Shown: positions 11,480 to 24,500 of the stretch, in pieces
Numbering within the stretch: the first letter of the stretch is position 1
Layout: the number at the start of each line of letters is the position of its first letter
From: Malacoraja senta
Lineage: Eukaryota
Assembly (NCBI GenBank): GCA_038087875.1
Contig: CM075979.1
Coordinates: 85,436,001 to 85,500,000 of the forward strand
Length of the DNA stretch: 64,000 nucleotides
Direction of reading: 5' to 3'
Notes under the pieces: model-generated
Seen by the model: the letters and a program-made list of their open reading frames with translations, nothing else
Database searches by the model: none
Told to the model about the DNA's origin: nothing
Position numbers and translations under genes: made by a program

Positions 11480-12230
11480 ACTAAGCCCTCATGGTGGTAA
11501 GCATGCCAGCACACAGCAGAACACGCACAAATTTCCACAACCACTCTGTTCAGTACAGACCCCGGAAATGGTGCTTCACCATGGCAATGATCCCTCTGGT
11601 GTTTCACACATCCATGAATGAATGTGTCTTGCACACTCGTGTGGTCAACAGTTAGCCCTTGCTATTGGAGCTGTGATCACGATTCATTACCAGCTGGATG
11701 CCGAGAGTAGTTTTCAATTTGGGACAGTGTTGATATACGCCTCAAAAATGACAATGATGCCCTGCACCATGGGGATGCTTGCAGTCCTTAGAAAATTGAA
11801 TGCTCTCACTGATGTCCCTGGCAAGGGGGAATGAAATATAATTGGCTCAGTTTCAACTGAGCACATTATTAACTTCCCTCATGCAATAGTAGCAAGGGAG
11901 TGCAGGATTTTGGAAGTGTGGGATTTTGCAAATACCTTCAGGTCCAGCACAAAAGGAAGTAGATATATAAAAGTTTAATTGGCACAATCATCCTGACATG
12001 CCCACCTCTGAGGTATCTGAGCAGCAGGAAGTATCATAATTCAGAGATAGTGTCCCCATGTTATATACACATTGCTCCCTGATCAATTTCTGATCAGAGG
12101 AATGCTCCCTGAACATCTGGGCAGGCAGCAGCCTTCTCTCCTTCTACAAACTTCCAGCAATTTGCTCTGCTCTGCAATTTTATCTTCCAATTCATCCATA
12201 TCTGGGAGTAACTCGTTTACACAAATGAAG
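11480..12230 (-). pseudogene. Decayed PIF/Harbinger (HARBI1-type) DDE transposase
   Basis: Minus-strand fragments in the expected order, with frameshifts: FREHSS..REQCV; CMREVNNVL; ANYISFPLARD; RAFNFLRTASIPMVQGIIV (11750-11806; compare family GFPxVQGAIDCTH); GIQLV; QDTFI; MVKHHFRGL. Confidence 0.65.
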
Positions 12231-12364
12231 TCAACAAAAAGTCATTCAGTACCTTCCACTCCACCCCCAATTTCTGCAGCCTAAAACAACTATAAAAAGC
12301 ATCAACCACGTGTATAAATGTAGCAACACTCAGTTAATCAACTAGAAACTAATATGCAGGAGTG

Positions 12365-12487
12365 AATAAGGAACTGCACATTCTGGTTTAAACCGAAGAT
12401 AGACACAAAAAGCTGGAGTAACTCAGCGGGACAGGCAGCATCTCTGGATAGCAGTAATGGGTGACGTTTCGGGTCGAGACCTGTCTT
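12365..12487 (-). mobile_element. PLE-derived short element
   Basis: Same family as 58938-59034 (GACACAAAAAGCTGGAGTAACTCAGCGGG...GTGACGTTTCGGGTCGAGACC). Confidence 0.8.
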
Positions 12488-13311
12488 GGTGATCCCTTTA
12501 AATAACATAATTGGGGTTCCTTCTCCCTGCTGATTATGTATTTGAGAGTGCATGTGTAATAAAGGCATTTGTTGGACTGCTACACTTCAAAATGGCAGTG
12601 GCAGCATTTTTTCAGCATGGCACCCCAGCCAAAATCATGAGTGGCCTTCTCTGCACGGCTAGTGGACAATCAGTGCGCATCCCACTAATATTGATAAAGT
12701 ATTCAGTACAACTCAGGCCATGAATGCACATTTACTTCTGTATCACAGTCAACTATTTTGACACCCAAAGCCACTTGTAGTGGCAAAAGATAAGCTTTCA
12801 CATCCCATTTATACCTATTCACCACCCTGCCAGTGCCCCTTGCCATTTACAACGTGTAACCATAATTCTGAACATTCATTGTCAGACAATAGTGGCCTAT
12901 TCACCTTGCTGAAGTCAATAAAAAAGAACAATTCAACAAGGCCCAAGAAGGCTATTCCACTACCATAGCTCTTTTGCCCAGAGATGAAAATCAAATTTCA
13001 TCTCAGCGACATCTCCTTTATTAAATGCAGAATCTCCTTAAGGGCAGTGAAGGAATAAATAAGAATTGTACTAGGGTATATTTGCAAACTTGATTGTAGC
13101 AAAAATTATGCTTTAATGTGAATGAATTGACAGATTACATGTTACCTTTAGTTGGTAAGATTCAAATTTCCCAGCGTGATCTCAACAACATTAAATTTGT
13201 TAACTAGATTCTCAGTCCAATTCTAAGTTTACTTTTTGTGGCTTCTAGCCCCATTCCAATACTTGAAGGCATTATCGCAGCTAACAATTCAATGGTTGTT
13301 TTATTAGGGTT

Positions 13312-13557
13312 ATAGAGTCATACAGCGTGGAAACAGGCCCTTCGGCCCAACTTGTCTATGCCAACCAAGATGCCCCATCTGCACTAGTCCCACATGCCAG
13401 CGTTTGGCTCATATATCTCACAACCTTTCCTATCCATGTACCGGTCCAAATGTCTTTTAAAATGTTGTTATTGTACTTAACTACCTCCTCTGGCTATCAT
13501 TATCATATACCCACTGCCCTTTGTGTGATAAAGTTGCCCCTCAGCTTGCTATTAAAT
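13312..13557 (-). mobile_element. CR1-clade LINE 3' fragment
   Basis: Reverse-complement similarity to 3758-3976 (AGAGTCATACAGCGTGGAAACAGGCCCTTCGGCCC). Confidence 0.75.
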
Positions 13558-13869
13558 TGTAATGTCAAATACAATTCCCATTACATTGTTAAAAGTTCCA
13601 TATTTTAGACAAGAGGCTAAAGTGAGGCCTGCTGACTGCTAGGATGCGCATTGGAAGATCTATACAATGATCCAAGTTGCAGCAGGGGAATACTGTTGCT
13701 GTTCTAGACCACATTTTTTGGTCAACAAACACCAGTGAAAACTTACAATATTTACTGGTTATGAAACATTACTGTGTACAAACTGGCCGCAGCATTTACT
13801 TTTTGTATACTTTTTATACTTAATTGTATATATGAATGCACATAAAATACAATGTGCATTATGTTTCTA

Positions 13870-14200
13870 AAGGACCTGTCCCACTTACGCGATTTTTTCG
13901 GCGACTTGCCGGCACCCGTCATAGTCGCAGCAGGTCGCCAAAAATATTCAAAATGTTGAAAATCCAGCGGCGACCAGAAAAAGGTACAACACTTTGGGCG
14001 ACTACTCACGACTAAACAGGCGTCATGTGTCGACATGTCGCGGGGTGATGCCTGTATGGTTGTGAGTAGTCGCCCAAAGAGTCGTACCTTTGTCTGGTCG
14101 CCGCTGGATTTTCAACATTTTGAAAATTTTCGGCGACCTGCTGCAACTACGACGGGTGCCGGCAGTCGCCGAAAATATTGCGTATGTGGGACAGGCCCTT
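13870..14200. mobile_element. Palindromic MITE
   Basis: Whole-length inverted repeat with ~155-bp arms. Termini AAGGACCTGTCCCAC / GTGGGACAGGCCCTT flanked by TA. CpG-rich. Related to 35450-36026. Superfamily ambiguous (TA, TWA or TTAA target). Confidence 0.85.
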
Positions 14201-14778
14201 TATGTCAGCATTTTGAGAATGTGATGAGGTAATATGTAAATACAAATCACTTTCCTTCTACAAATACCTAAAAGGGATAAGTAAGGTACATATGTTTCAG
14301 TCTAGCTTCCTAAACGGACAAATCCAGAATAATCTAATTTCTTGGTTACAATGATCAGTACAACGAGGATCCTTTGTACTATATGCATATATGAGAATAC
14401 TTAATTCACACCAAAAAAATGTTTCCAGCTCATTATTAAATTTTCCAAGTATTCTAGAAATAACATTATTTCATACTTGTTTCATATACCCTGATTCCAG
14501 ATTCAAATGTTTTCTTTATAATCTATGGGCATGCAAGGCATACATTACTGAATTAATAAAACTGAATAATCTGCAGACCATCACATTATTTCCATCATTT
14601 AGATACATAAATGAACACTTAGAACTTGATTTCTGTGCAGAAGTATATCAGCAATTATATAGTAAGCACTGGTGAAGCAATCACAAGCGTTTGTTACATT
14701 TCAGTCCCTGTTTCAAGGATTTGACCCGCTAACTAGAAATTACATTTTTACAAAAGCAGATTAGCCATTCACCCTTAC

Positions 14779-15059
14779 CTTTTCACCATCAACCTCAAAA
14801 AAGCAAATTATATATTTGTGCTGCATTCAATCCCAATATTTCAGCAATAATGCAACCTTTAGCTGGCTTCTACATAACATGCTGTCTGACAGATTGTACT
14901 GTTTGTATTCTCTTTTCCCTACCCAATCTCTGAGCGTGTGCATGACATAATCCCTCCTGGTCAGTAAGATGAGATAGTCCGGCCTGTTTATATCACTGCG
15001 GGCTGTCAAATTGTCAATTATTGATTCTTTGCCAAGGGCATCGTGACAAATATTAAAAA
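14779..15059 (-). other. Candidate internal 5'-UTR exon (281 nt) of an unidentified minus-strand gene
   Basis: Strong acceptor TTTTTTTTCAATTTTTAG (AG at 15061-15060) and strong donor AAG|GTAAGG (14778-14773). Contains several ATGs and short ORFs. Non-repetitive. Lies downstream of the promoter-like region. Confidence 0.55.
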
Positions 15060-18000
15060 CTAAAAATTGAAAAAAAATACAAGACACAAGTTAGTCAAAT
15101 TATTTTTACTTTGTTCAATTCACAATCTTGAAAAGATTATTGAATCAGTTGTTATAATTTAATTTCCATTTATATTTACGATGCCCTGATTGCAACATCA
15201 AGTCTGACAAGAGCTGATTTACCCCTGGTCTTCACAGAAATGTTGCGTTTCTTCAGTTTACAAAACACATGTAGGCAATGATTCAGTTAGCCAGCAATCC
15301 CTCCACCCTGCCACCAGCATCATGGTTATAATTAAAATGACAGTGCAAAAACTAAACTTCACTAATGCACTCTTTCCACCAAACAGATTTTCCTGCTGAA
15401 AAACAGCTAATTTCTTTGAAAATAAATCCATAATACAGTGCACCATCACTATTGGTTACCACCATCTAAAGAGGGTGAGGTCTGCATAATAACCCAACAA
15501 TTATTCACAGATACGAAACAGAAAAAGTCGGCTGCTTCATTATATTTTTTCACTAGCACGCTGATAATTCCAGTCAAACCTCAGCTCCAGTTATTATGTT
15601 ACAGTCTCTATAGGAATTTTACATTTCTTCCACATTAATAGAATGGTCCTATTCCACAATATAATGAGGGACAAAGTCCAGCTCTCTTGCCATATCGGAT
15701 CACTTTGCACAGTATCAAAATATATTTTCTCTTCTCCCATTCCAAAATGGAAGATCTGTCGGTATTGGAATGGCTTAACAATAATGGCAGTGTTATTCCT
15801 CTGCCACCTACTACAAATGAAGTGTTAGGCAAAGCCTGAACAACAAGTATTGTGAGAAAAATAACTCATCTCACATTAGCCCTGTAATAACTGTTTCCAG
15901 AGATACAAATAACTGAGGTTTCTTTTCTTTTTCAAGCTTGTGTTAATCACTGCCAAAGCCAATCGCTACACAACCTAACTATTGGAATTTCACTGTACAG
16001 GTTTGTCTGTTAGACTTCTCCTTCTTCTAGTCTCTTAGGTCATTTTGTTCATTTCTAAAATATACTTTAAACAACTGGTGCCTGTGGGCTTTTCTCTTAC
16101 CAATTGTCAGAGAAAGACAATTTCAAAGAGTAGCATATTGCATCATGCAGAATTCAAAATACGTTTTGAGAACAAGCAGAGCGCAGCTAAATAAAAAGTA
16201 GCATGTAAAACAAACATGGAAAGAGACTGCTAAAAAAATTGGCATTTATTTTCAAATTAGTTACTGTCCATAACTTGCAATTAACAAAATGGTTACTTAA
16301 TAAAAATGATAAAGGAAAATAAACCATATTTAGAAAATAATATACTTGAACTTGGACGTATCAGCATTTCCTGATTCAAGATAACATGGCGTTTTATGGA
16401 GTATCGCATATTTGCGTGATAGTCCATTTTGAGTGGATTAGTTCAATTTGATGACGATCAGGTTTACATTAGCATTAATGAAAGTGTGCTCTTAGTAAGC
16501 TAGACGTCAGTGTACAAAGTATTTTTTGATGAAAACATGCAAGCGCTTAATGAATATCAGTAAATAAACAAGTGTAAAATACAGTTACAGGAGGCAGAGA
16601 TAGATTGACACGCACGCATAAAGGCATATACAAAACAGATGTAATAGGAACGTTCAAGCCTAGCTGACGTATATGCAATTCAATCGAACTTAAAAAACTG
16701 TACACAACTACTCGCACTTCATACAGTCAACTAAAATAAAATATATTTAAAAAAATAACACCTAGTGATATCTTTCTTTCAGCAAGGCAAATTTTAGTTT
16801 AGTAGATACCATTACAATAAATAGTTGCCACATTCACTACTAGTGCCCACAAAAAACTGACATCTGAGAATGACAATATCTGTTTAGAAAGTCGAAGATA
16901 ATCGTAGTTAAATATAAGCACTAACTCTCAGGTTTTGTTCACACATTCTTCAATATGACCTTATATTGTTCAAACGCCATGCTTAAATAGTCACTGAATA
17001 GAAAATAGTTTTATTTTGACTGGGAGCATTCTGATCCACGATTTAAAAAAAAAAGCATACAAAAACAATTCAGAGCTATATAAAGCCAATTGGTAATGTC
17101 TTTGAGCAGAATGTTATGCCATTATAAGAAGTAACCCAATGCATGGAAACAATGGATGATTGCGGTCAAGCTAACACGAGAGGACGAAATCCGCCGCGAG
17201 ACACAACTAATCTGACCAACTCAATGCACCTATAAGTCGGAAGGTTTAGATCATGATTCTGCTTTATAAGAAGTAATCATCATTACCAATTATAAGGATT
17301 TTAGTTAAATGTTATGTAATCGGCTAACTTGCAGACACTGGATTGGACTGACCATGTGTCTCAGATGACCTGAGTCATCGCTTAGTCAATCAAATTTAAA
17401 AAAAATTAATAGAACAAGTTTGGAAACACATATCCGTAACCGAAGAATTTCAATAGAAATCAAATGTTCTTTTTTCTATTTTTAGATATTGTTATTCAGA
17501 TTCTACAGGAAAAAAAAATAGTAAATGTAAACTGCACCTAGAAACAGAATATCCAAGAGCCATACCTCAAGATTTGTCATTGGTAGATTTGAGTAGTACA
17601 GGGTTAATTAAAAATTAAGAAAAAGATGCAAACGGTCCAAGTATATACAAGGTTGTTTCACAGCTCCAGCACATTCAAGTAATTGTGCCCACAAATAATC
17701 ATTCCTAAAAATCATTGTTTCTCAAATAAATCCAACGGTAAAAATACAGTAAGAAAGTGACAGGATAAAAACACGATAAATTGTTGATTTTTACAATTAC
17801 AAAAAAATGCAGAAGCCAGAATTACTTTACACAGTGTGCCCGCCAAAATCGGACGACACAACAACAGGCATTTCTAAAAGCTCATTCAATACAGTCCATC
17901 AAACAAAGCATACAACTATACCAACTTTAGTACCTAAACAAAACAAAACAAAAACTGCAAGAAAAACTCAAATGAAGAGGATAGGCAGTGATCTACTAAG

Positions 18001-18641
18001 GGTTATATGCATACGCCAATGTCAAATTTGCGGAAAGCACTTCGGTGCATAAGGTTCATGAAAAATACTTTTGGGGAACGGCAGAGCCATTTTCACACTC
18101 CCTCTTTAACCCCTAACATTAAATATTCACTCACCCTCACAGAAAGACGTTTGATCCATTGTGTGTATTGAAAATAATCATTAAAGCAAACCCAAAAAAA
18201 CAAACAAATCAGCTCTTATTTTCTCTGCTGTTTCACGCTGCCCCATATTCCTGCGCCAGTAAAGGGTGGTAACCAACAGAGACACTGCATTATAACCCAG
18301 GAAGAAAGACTGGCATTGGTCCTAGAACATGTGCACTCGAAAATAAAAGACCTAGGAAACAAACCTTCGCTCATCAGCGAACTGCAACTTCACTGTACTA
18401 AACAACCACTTTAAAGCCAAAATGGGAAAAATACTGAAAATGTTGACATAAAGCAGGGAAACAAACAAAATTAAGCACGAAAGATGGAAACTACAGCAGG
18501 CGCTGCCATCTTTCGAAAGTGAGGCAGCAGCGATTTTCATACACATTGTTTGCAAATATAAACTTAGTTGGCTATAGCATTCATATTAGTTTAAGAAACT
18601 GAAAATACAGCCCATCATTACAGTATTGCATTAAAAGAGCA

Positions 18642-18873
18642 NNNNNNNNNNNNNNNNNNNNNNNNNNNNNNNNNNNNNNNNNNNNNNNNNNNNNNNNNNN
18701 NNNNNNNNNNNNNNNNNNNNNNNNNNNNNNNNNNNNNNNNNNNNNNNNNNNNNNNNNNNNNNNNNNNNNNNNNNNNNNNNNNNNNNNNNNNNNNNNNNNN
18801 NNNNNNNNNNNNNNNNNNNNNNNNNNNNNNNNNNNNNNNNNNNNNNNNNNNNNNNNNNNNNNNNNNNNNNNNN
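18642..18873. other. Assembly gap
   Basis: N run. Confidence 1.
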
Positions 18874-21397
18874 ACCGTGAGAGAGAGAAAGAAAAAGAGA
18901 GGGAGAGAGGGAGATGCTTACCCCCAAAAAGTATAAGAAATCGTCAGGGACAAACATGGGAAAGCATTCACCTTGTATCCTGCCATCCTGTAATGCAGAC
19001 AAGAAAACAGTCAGCTCCATTTTTACAAGTACTTACAGGCCTGAGTAATGGAAGGCGGTCCCTACCTAGCAACCACTTCCAGTTTTCATCTGCAGGCTTT
19101 CCCTGCCATCCGTGCCCCCAACTCCCGCCCCCCCCCCCCGCCCCCCAACCACCTTCAGTTGCCAGGCTAGTGACAATGGGAGGCTGAAGGGTAGCTGGAA
19201 ACCAGTGTGTTAAACTCGTCTGGTAGTTAACAAGTCTTTGAATGAAGAATGTTAGCAAACAGACAAACAGCATGTCTGATGCATGCTAATAACATTGCTG
19301 GTCCAGCCTCACAACCAAGCCTATGAATTATTCAACAGACAGAAGCGACCACCACCGCCCCCACCACCATCCACCCCATCAACATGCTCCCCCCCACCCC
19401 ACCACTCCACAATTCAAATACCAGCAGTGAGGACAAAAGTATCTTCATACATTTTTCAAAAAACAGCTCTGTCTATTTTCCCTTCTTACTTCCAAATTGA
19501 AAGTGAAACTAACATGGCTTAACTCAAATTATTTATTACTTTCATTCCAGAGTATCATCAATAATCCTTTTCGCACTGATCTGAATATTTTCTTTCACAG
19601 CCTATTTTATGTCTTTTGTCTGAAGTTGGCACCTGTCCCAACCAGCGCTCTGCTGCACACCCTGTTCCCTTCCAATCAGTATTTGGAAAAAAAAATGAGG
19701 ACCCCGAAGTGCAGCTATTTCAACACAGCCATCGGCAGATCCACATCTAACGCTGTCCTTTCATGCACAGATGCGCAGTATAATCAGAAGACCAAGCTGT
19801 TTTCCTCTGAGTGGCAGTATACTCTCGTATTTTGTAGCAAGCACCACCATAACCCATGCAGGATTAAGTAGGCACACAGTAAAATTCAATACTCAAATCA
19901 GGAAAGATTTATTCATTTAAATAACACATTACAGCTGCACTAACCCTCACGTTACTTCACAGAAAGCCAAAAAGAAAGGAAAATATCATTCAACCAAAAC
20001 AATGTGAACCTCATCTTCTGCCAACCAGTCACAATAAAGAAACAATAAACAAAAATCCAGTTTGTCGTGAGGAGAAATCTTCTGGTCTGGCAAAGGCTGT
20101 CTGAGGGGGAGGCCCTTGCTACAGGAACAGAAGCAGTATAAGCATAGCTCAGTCGCCCTCTCACCAGAGTGACTGCAACTGTCTATCAAAGAGGAAAGAG
20201 CTGTACCGAGAGGCCTGAGCTGATGATGAAATAGAGGCATGTTCTCTCCCCCACCACCCCCAACCGCACCCCCCGCCACTCTCCCCTCCTTCTGCCCCCT
20301 GTGTGAGAGCTAGCTACTTTCATCACACACACAGCCATGAATCGTGCACCAACGATCTTCTGCCTGAGCTGGACCGCACTGCGCCAGCGCACACACTCGC
20401 CTCCTTGCAGCCCCCACCCCTCCTTCCCTCAAACGATTGCACACTCTTTTGAGCCAGGTAATGAATTAAGACACGAGACGGATTTCTTCAATCTTTAAAA
20501 AACACATCATTCTCAATGCAGCTTTACTAATTAACCTTTTACTTTCTTTCTATAAGCTGTACCCACAGCAATCGCAAGAGATAATGCGATATTTTAAAAA
20601 ACAATTTGGAAAAAGAAAGTCCTCGAAGATTATATATCAAAGCACATTACTACAAAGCATCATTATTTAGCCTTGAGAATCAATATAGAAAAGTAAATCC
20701 ACACTTAATTGAATAATTTTGTTCTCATGTCCCTGCTCTTAACCAGCTGCTCAACCAAGTTAAAACTGTTCGACCCTTACAACTATCTTGGCATGGAGTC
20801 AAAGGCTGATAAGCATTTGGGCGAGACAGCAACTGCTGTGCTGGAAGAAAAACAGCTGCCATGATTGCTGTTAGGTTGAAAATGTGCAGAAAGCAAATCT
20901 GGCTCTAAATACTGCACATAAAATGCTGCTGGACTCCACTAATCAGTACATTTTGGAACCTATTTTTCAGACGATTTCAGCAAAGTTTCCATTTTTTGCT
21001 GTGCTTTTAAAACTTTGCCTGTGCAGCGTGCTTCCCTCCCCGCCCATCCCCTCCCCCCCAACAGTAACCTCAAGCAAACTTAAGGAATCGTGCCAAAAGT
21101 CACGTTGCAGCTTTAAATGCATTTGTTGGGAGTGTCCTAGGATTCGAGCTTCGCTTCGCCAGCTAACTCAAATTATAATTTTAGCTGGCTATCGTGAATT
21201 GAAAGTGGTATTTTTCTAAGTAATATTTTTATGATCAACATATGGTAGATTACTGTAACTCTATTGTAAAACAACTTCCTGCCCCTTTTGGCACAAGTTC
21301 GAGAAGCTGCTCGAATAAGTTCAGAGTACATATTCCTACCCCCTTCCACCAGCATCACCCCGCCCACTCTACGCCTGCTGCTGCTGCTGAAAGACCG

Positions 21398-21553
21398 NNN
21401 NNNNNNNNNNNNNNNNNNNNNNNNNNNNNNNNNNNNNNNNNNNNNNNNNNNNNNNNNNNNNNNNNNNNNNNNNNNNNNNNNNNNNNNNNNNNNNNNNNNN
21501 NNNNNNNNNNNNNNNNNNNNNNNNNNNNNNNNNNNNNNNNNNNNNNNNNNNNN
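21398..21553. other. Assembly gap
   Basis: N run. Confidence 1.
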
Positions 21554-24500
21554 TTTAGAAAAAGAAGAACAGTTTACATGGACAGCTCTATTGTTGAGCA
21601 TGTAGCAACCGAAGGAAGTCAAAAGTTCAACTCGACAACTTGTGAATCTAAAAAAAGGTGGGGTTTATTTTTGAACGCTAGCTCTGATAGCGCAGTTACG
21701 TTTGCTGGCTTTCACTCCTGCATTCCCGCCCTGGAGACAGTTCCCCTCTCATGGCCTACAGAAAGAAGAGGCACCTCAGACACTTGCTGAACGTCTTCTT
21801 TTTAAAAACTAACCTGCCTCTTTTTCTGACCACAGGGTATTCCATTCAAGGTGGGTCATCAAAGTCCCACTGGTAAAATGGATATCGCTTGTGTTCTCAC
21901 TAGACTATATACCACAACAAAGCAAAACACACAGAAAAGGCCTCCACAAGCTCTCTTAGCAACAACATTTCTTGATACGTCTGCTTTGGCATAGATCAGC
22001 CTTTCTATTTGGCCAAGTATCCTTTGCGTCACATCTCGCCATTTCTTTTGACCAATAGAAAACTTCGTGATGTAAATTAAAAAAAAAAAATTTGCCCCTC
22101 CCTCACTAATTGATTGTGATATGTAAAATAATTCAATGAACTTTAACCAAAGAGAAACTTTTAAAATAAAAGAATAATCAGACATTGGTTTCAGTAATGG
22201 AACTTTCTGGGTTAAAAACAAAAAAACCTCAGCGCTCAGCCACTCCGGGTGCTGCACCTGAGGAGGGACACATTTGTTCAAATTCTGCATTGAAAGGAAC
22301 ACATTCTTCTCCTCCTCTAGCCTGTTAGCTTACTGTAATGAAATCACGCATCAAAATAGTCTGAAAGCTTTTGAACACTCATTGCCAGAAGTGCAAAGAT
22401 TGGAATTATTCACGTCATGTCAAAGTGCTTGGAAATTTAAATTTCAAATGGGTTATTTTTCCACAGATTAAAGTGTGCTTCTCAGCTCTTATTTTATACA
22501 TTTTGATATTGACATATTCTAGAAAATATTATTATATTGAAAAAATATTTTTAAATAGGTCCAGCTAACTTGTTTTTATTTAAAAATTACATAATTAATT
22601 TCAGATGATATAACCCTTATCATGAGTTGAAATTTAAAATTTTCTTTAAGATGCCATTTTGGAAAGATTCCAGGTTTGAAAAACCTTGTATATCAATTTG
22701 GAATAGACCAAATAAACTGGGGGGGGGGGGGGGGGGGGGTTGCAACTGCTTTTATATTCCTTTCATGTAATTACTGTGGAATATCCTTTGAAATTTTGGG
22801 AATTAGCCGATTTCTATATTTGTAAATTTAGAAAACTAATTTTAAGTATAACCAATGATCCATTCTGGCACATGCATTTCTATGTCTACTAATACATGAA
22901 TTGTATTTATTTTAAATAAGATTTGCATAAATTCATATTCAAAGACTTACTATAACTGCCTAGAGAATGTTTTAACAGTTTAGAAAGTAGCAATCATGAA
23001 ATATGAAAGAAACGTGTCAATTTGTGTGCTGTGGAATATATCTAATATAATAATTGCATATTTATTATTCTGTGACACCAAAGTGTTTACAACAAAATTC
23101 TACCCCATACGCCACAATAATTTTACATCTTTATTCCTAAGGATAGGATATTATTGTCATGAAGACAAATGTCGGCCTGGATTTTCAAATTGATCAAAAT
23201 TAGACAAAAAAATGTAAATAACAGACGTTAGTGTATTCAAAATTTAAAAAAAATAGATGTTCTAGAATGAATAGCTGTATAGGCATCTCCTTTGAAATTT
23301 CTCCCTTGTCCATGCTTATTTTTAGGCATATTGTAAATGAATCAATGTTGCAATATTTCCAATTTCCTGCATTCTGCTCCCTTTATTTCGCCATTAAGAG
23401 CTGATCCTGAACAGGTTGCTTTTCTCAGAGAGATGGTAGGTTCAATGTATCATTTTGTTTAAAATCTGATCTGAAGATCCTGGTACAAATGATATTTGAA
23501 TTTTTACTGTACATACACAATTTATTTTATGAACAGAAAACTTGCTTTTTTCCCTCCAGTTCTATTAGAGAAAATAAATTATTATTTTTTACAATTTATT
23601 GCAAATGATTTGTATTAAGAAACAATGCTTGTTTCTTATTCTTTAACGTGAAATTTACAGCATTGGGCACTGTGAAACTACCCAATGCGGTTGGGCACTG
23701 TCAAACTATCCAGTCAGAAATCAAAGACACATCTGAATGATAACAGTACTTAAGATTAATAAATCTCATAAACTCGGCCAAAATATGTTCTTCATAAACT
23801 GAAATGCTGCATTTCAAAAAGCAATCACATGGAAAATCACCTAAAGATTTTTTTTTTTAATTTCCCCATTCATAATTTAAGACATGACATCTTTAAACTA
23901 TCTATTAGAGTAGACGCAGTTTTTATTTTCACTTTGGTGAGATCTTTAACAGTAATTCTTTAATAAAATCTTCTATGGACAATGTTGGATTGTACAATTT
24001 TATACAAATTTTACTCTTTAAGCATTGAAATGATGAAAGTATTTGATCATGACCAGCAGCATAGCACCAATTAGCAAGTAAGAACAATTTGTGAAAATTT
24101 TATATCTTTCTTCTTTAACAGTTTTCTCCGCTACATTTATATTAAAAGCTCATACTTATTGGTGCTCCTGCATTTAATGGTTGAAAAATCGTGACTTTGC
24201 TTAGGCCATACAAACCCTCAGAGTACTATTTTTTTTTTAAAGCTAAGTAATTTAACCTTTTAAATATGCAATGCAGCACCAAGTTTTTGATCGGCAATAG
24301 CTGCCACAACAGTTCACAGAAACACTCTGATCTTTATGGAATGTTTAAGTTCAATGCACAATTTTCAAAACCACACACTATCTTACACAAGTATAAATAA
24401 CTAAAGTTTGTCAAGAGAATTTCCCTACTCTGAGGGTTAACCAATCCCATGATTTTTTTTCTCTATGTGATGACCTGCAGGAGGTTCATACCTTTCACCA

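Larger units (their letters stand above)
18100..22450 (-). promoter_or_regulatory. Promoter/first-exon region of an unidentified gene, probably minus strand
   Basis: C/G-skewed, locally CpG-enriched unique sequence with GA and C tracts. GC boxes near 19123 and 21358; CCAAT at 22052; YY1-like GCCAT at 18505 and 22038; RFX-like CCTAGCAAC near 19065. Minus-strand donor motifs at 21339, 20164, 19036, 18971, 18921 and 18134. Two assembly gaps fall inside it. Confidence 0.55.

Noticed and set aside
18972-19036. MAGYK as the coding start of a known gene, spliced from the 19036 donor
   Set aside because: The implied 49-nt intron is too short for a typical vertebrate intron, and five residues cannot identify a gene.
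18631-21790. Long ORFs at 18.6-19.0 and 21.2-21.8 kb (likewise 39.4-39.9 kb)
   Set aside because: Their length comes from N gaps and they have no recognisable domains.
14779-22450. Naming the host gene
   Set aside because: Only non-coding sequence is visible and I do not recognise it.
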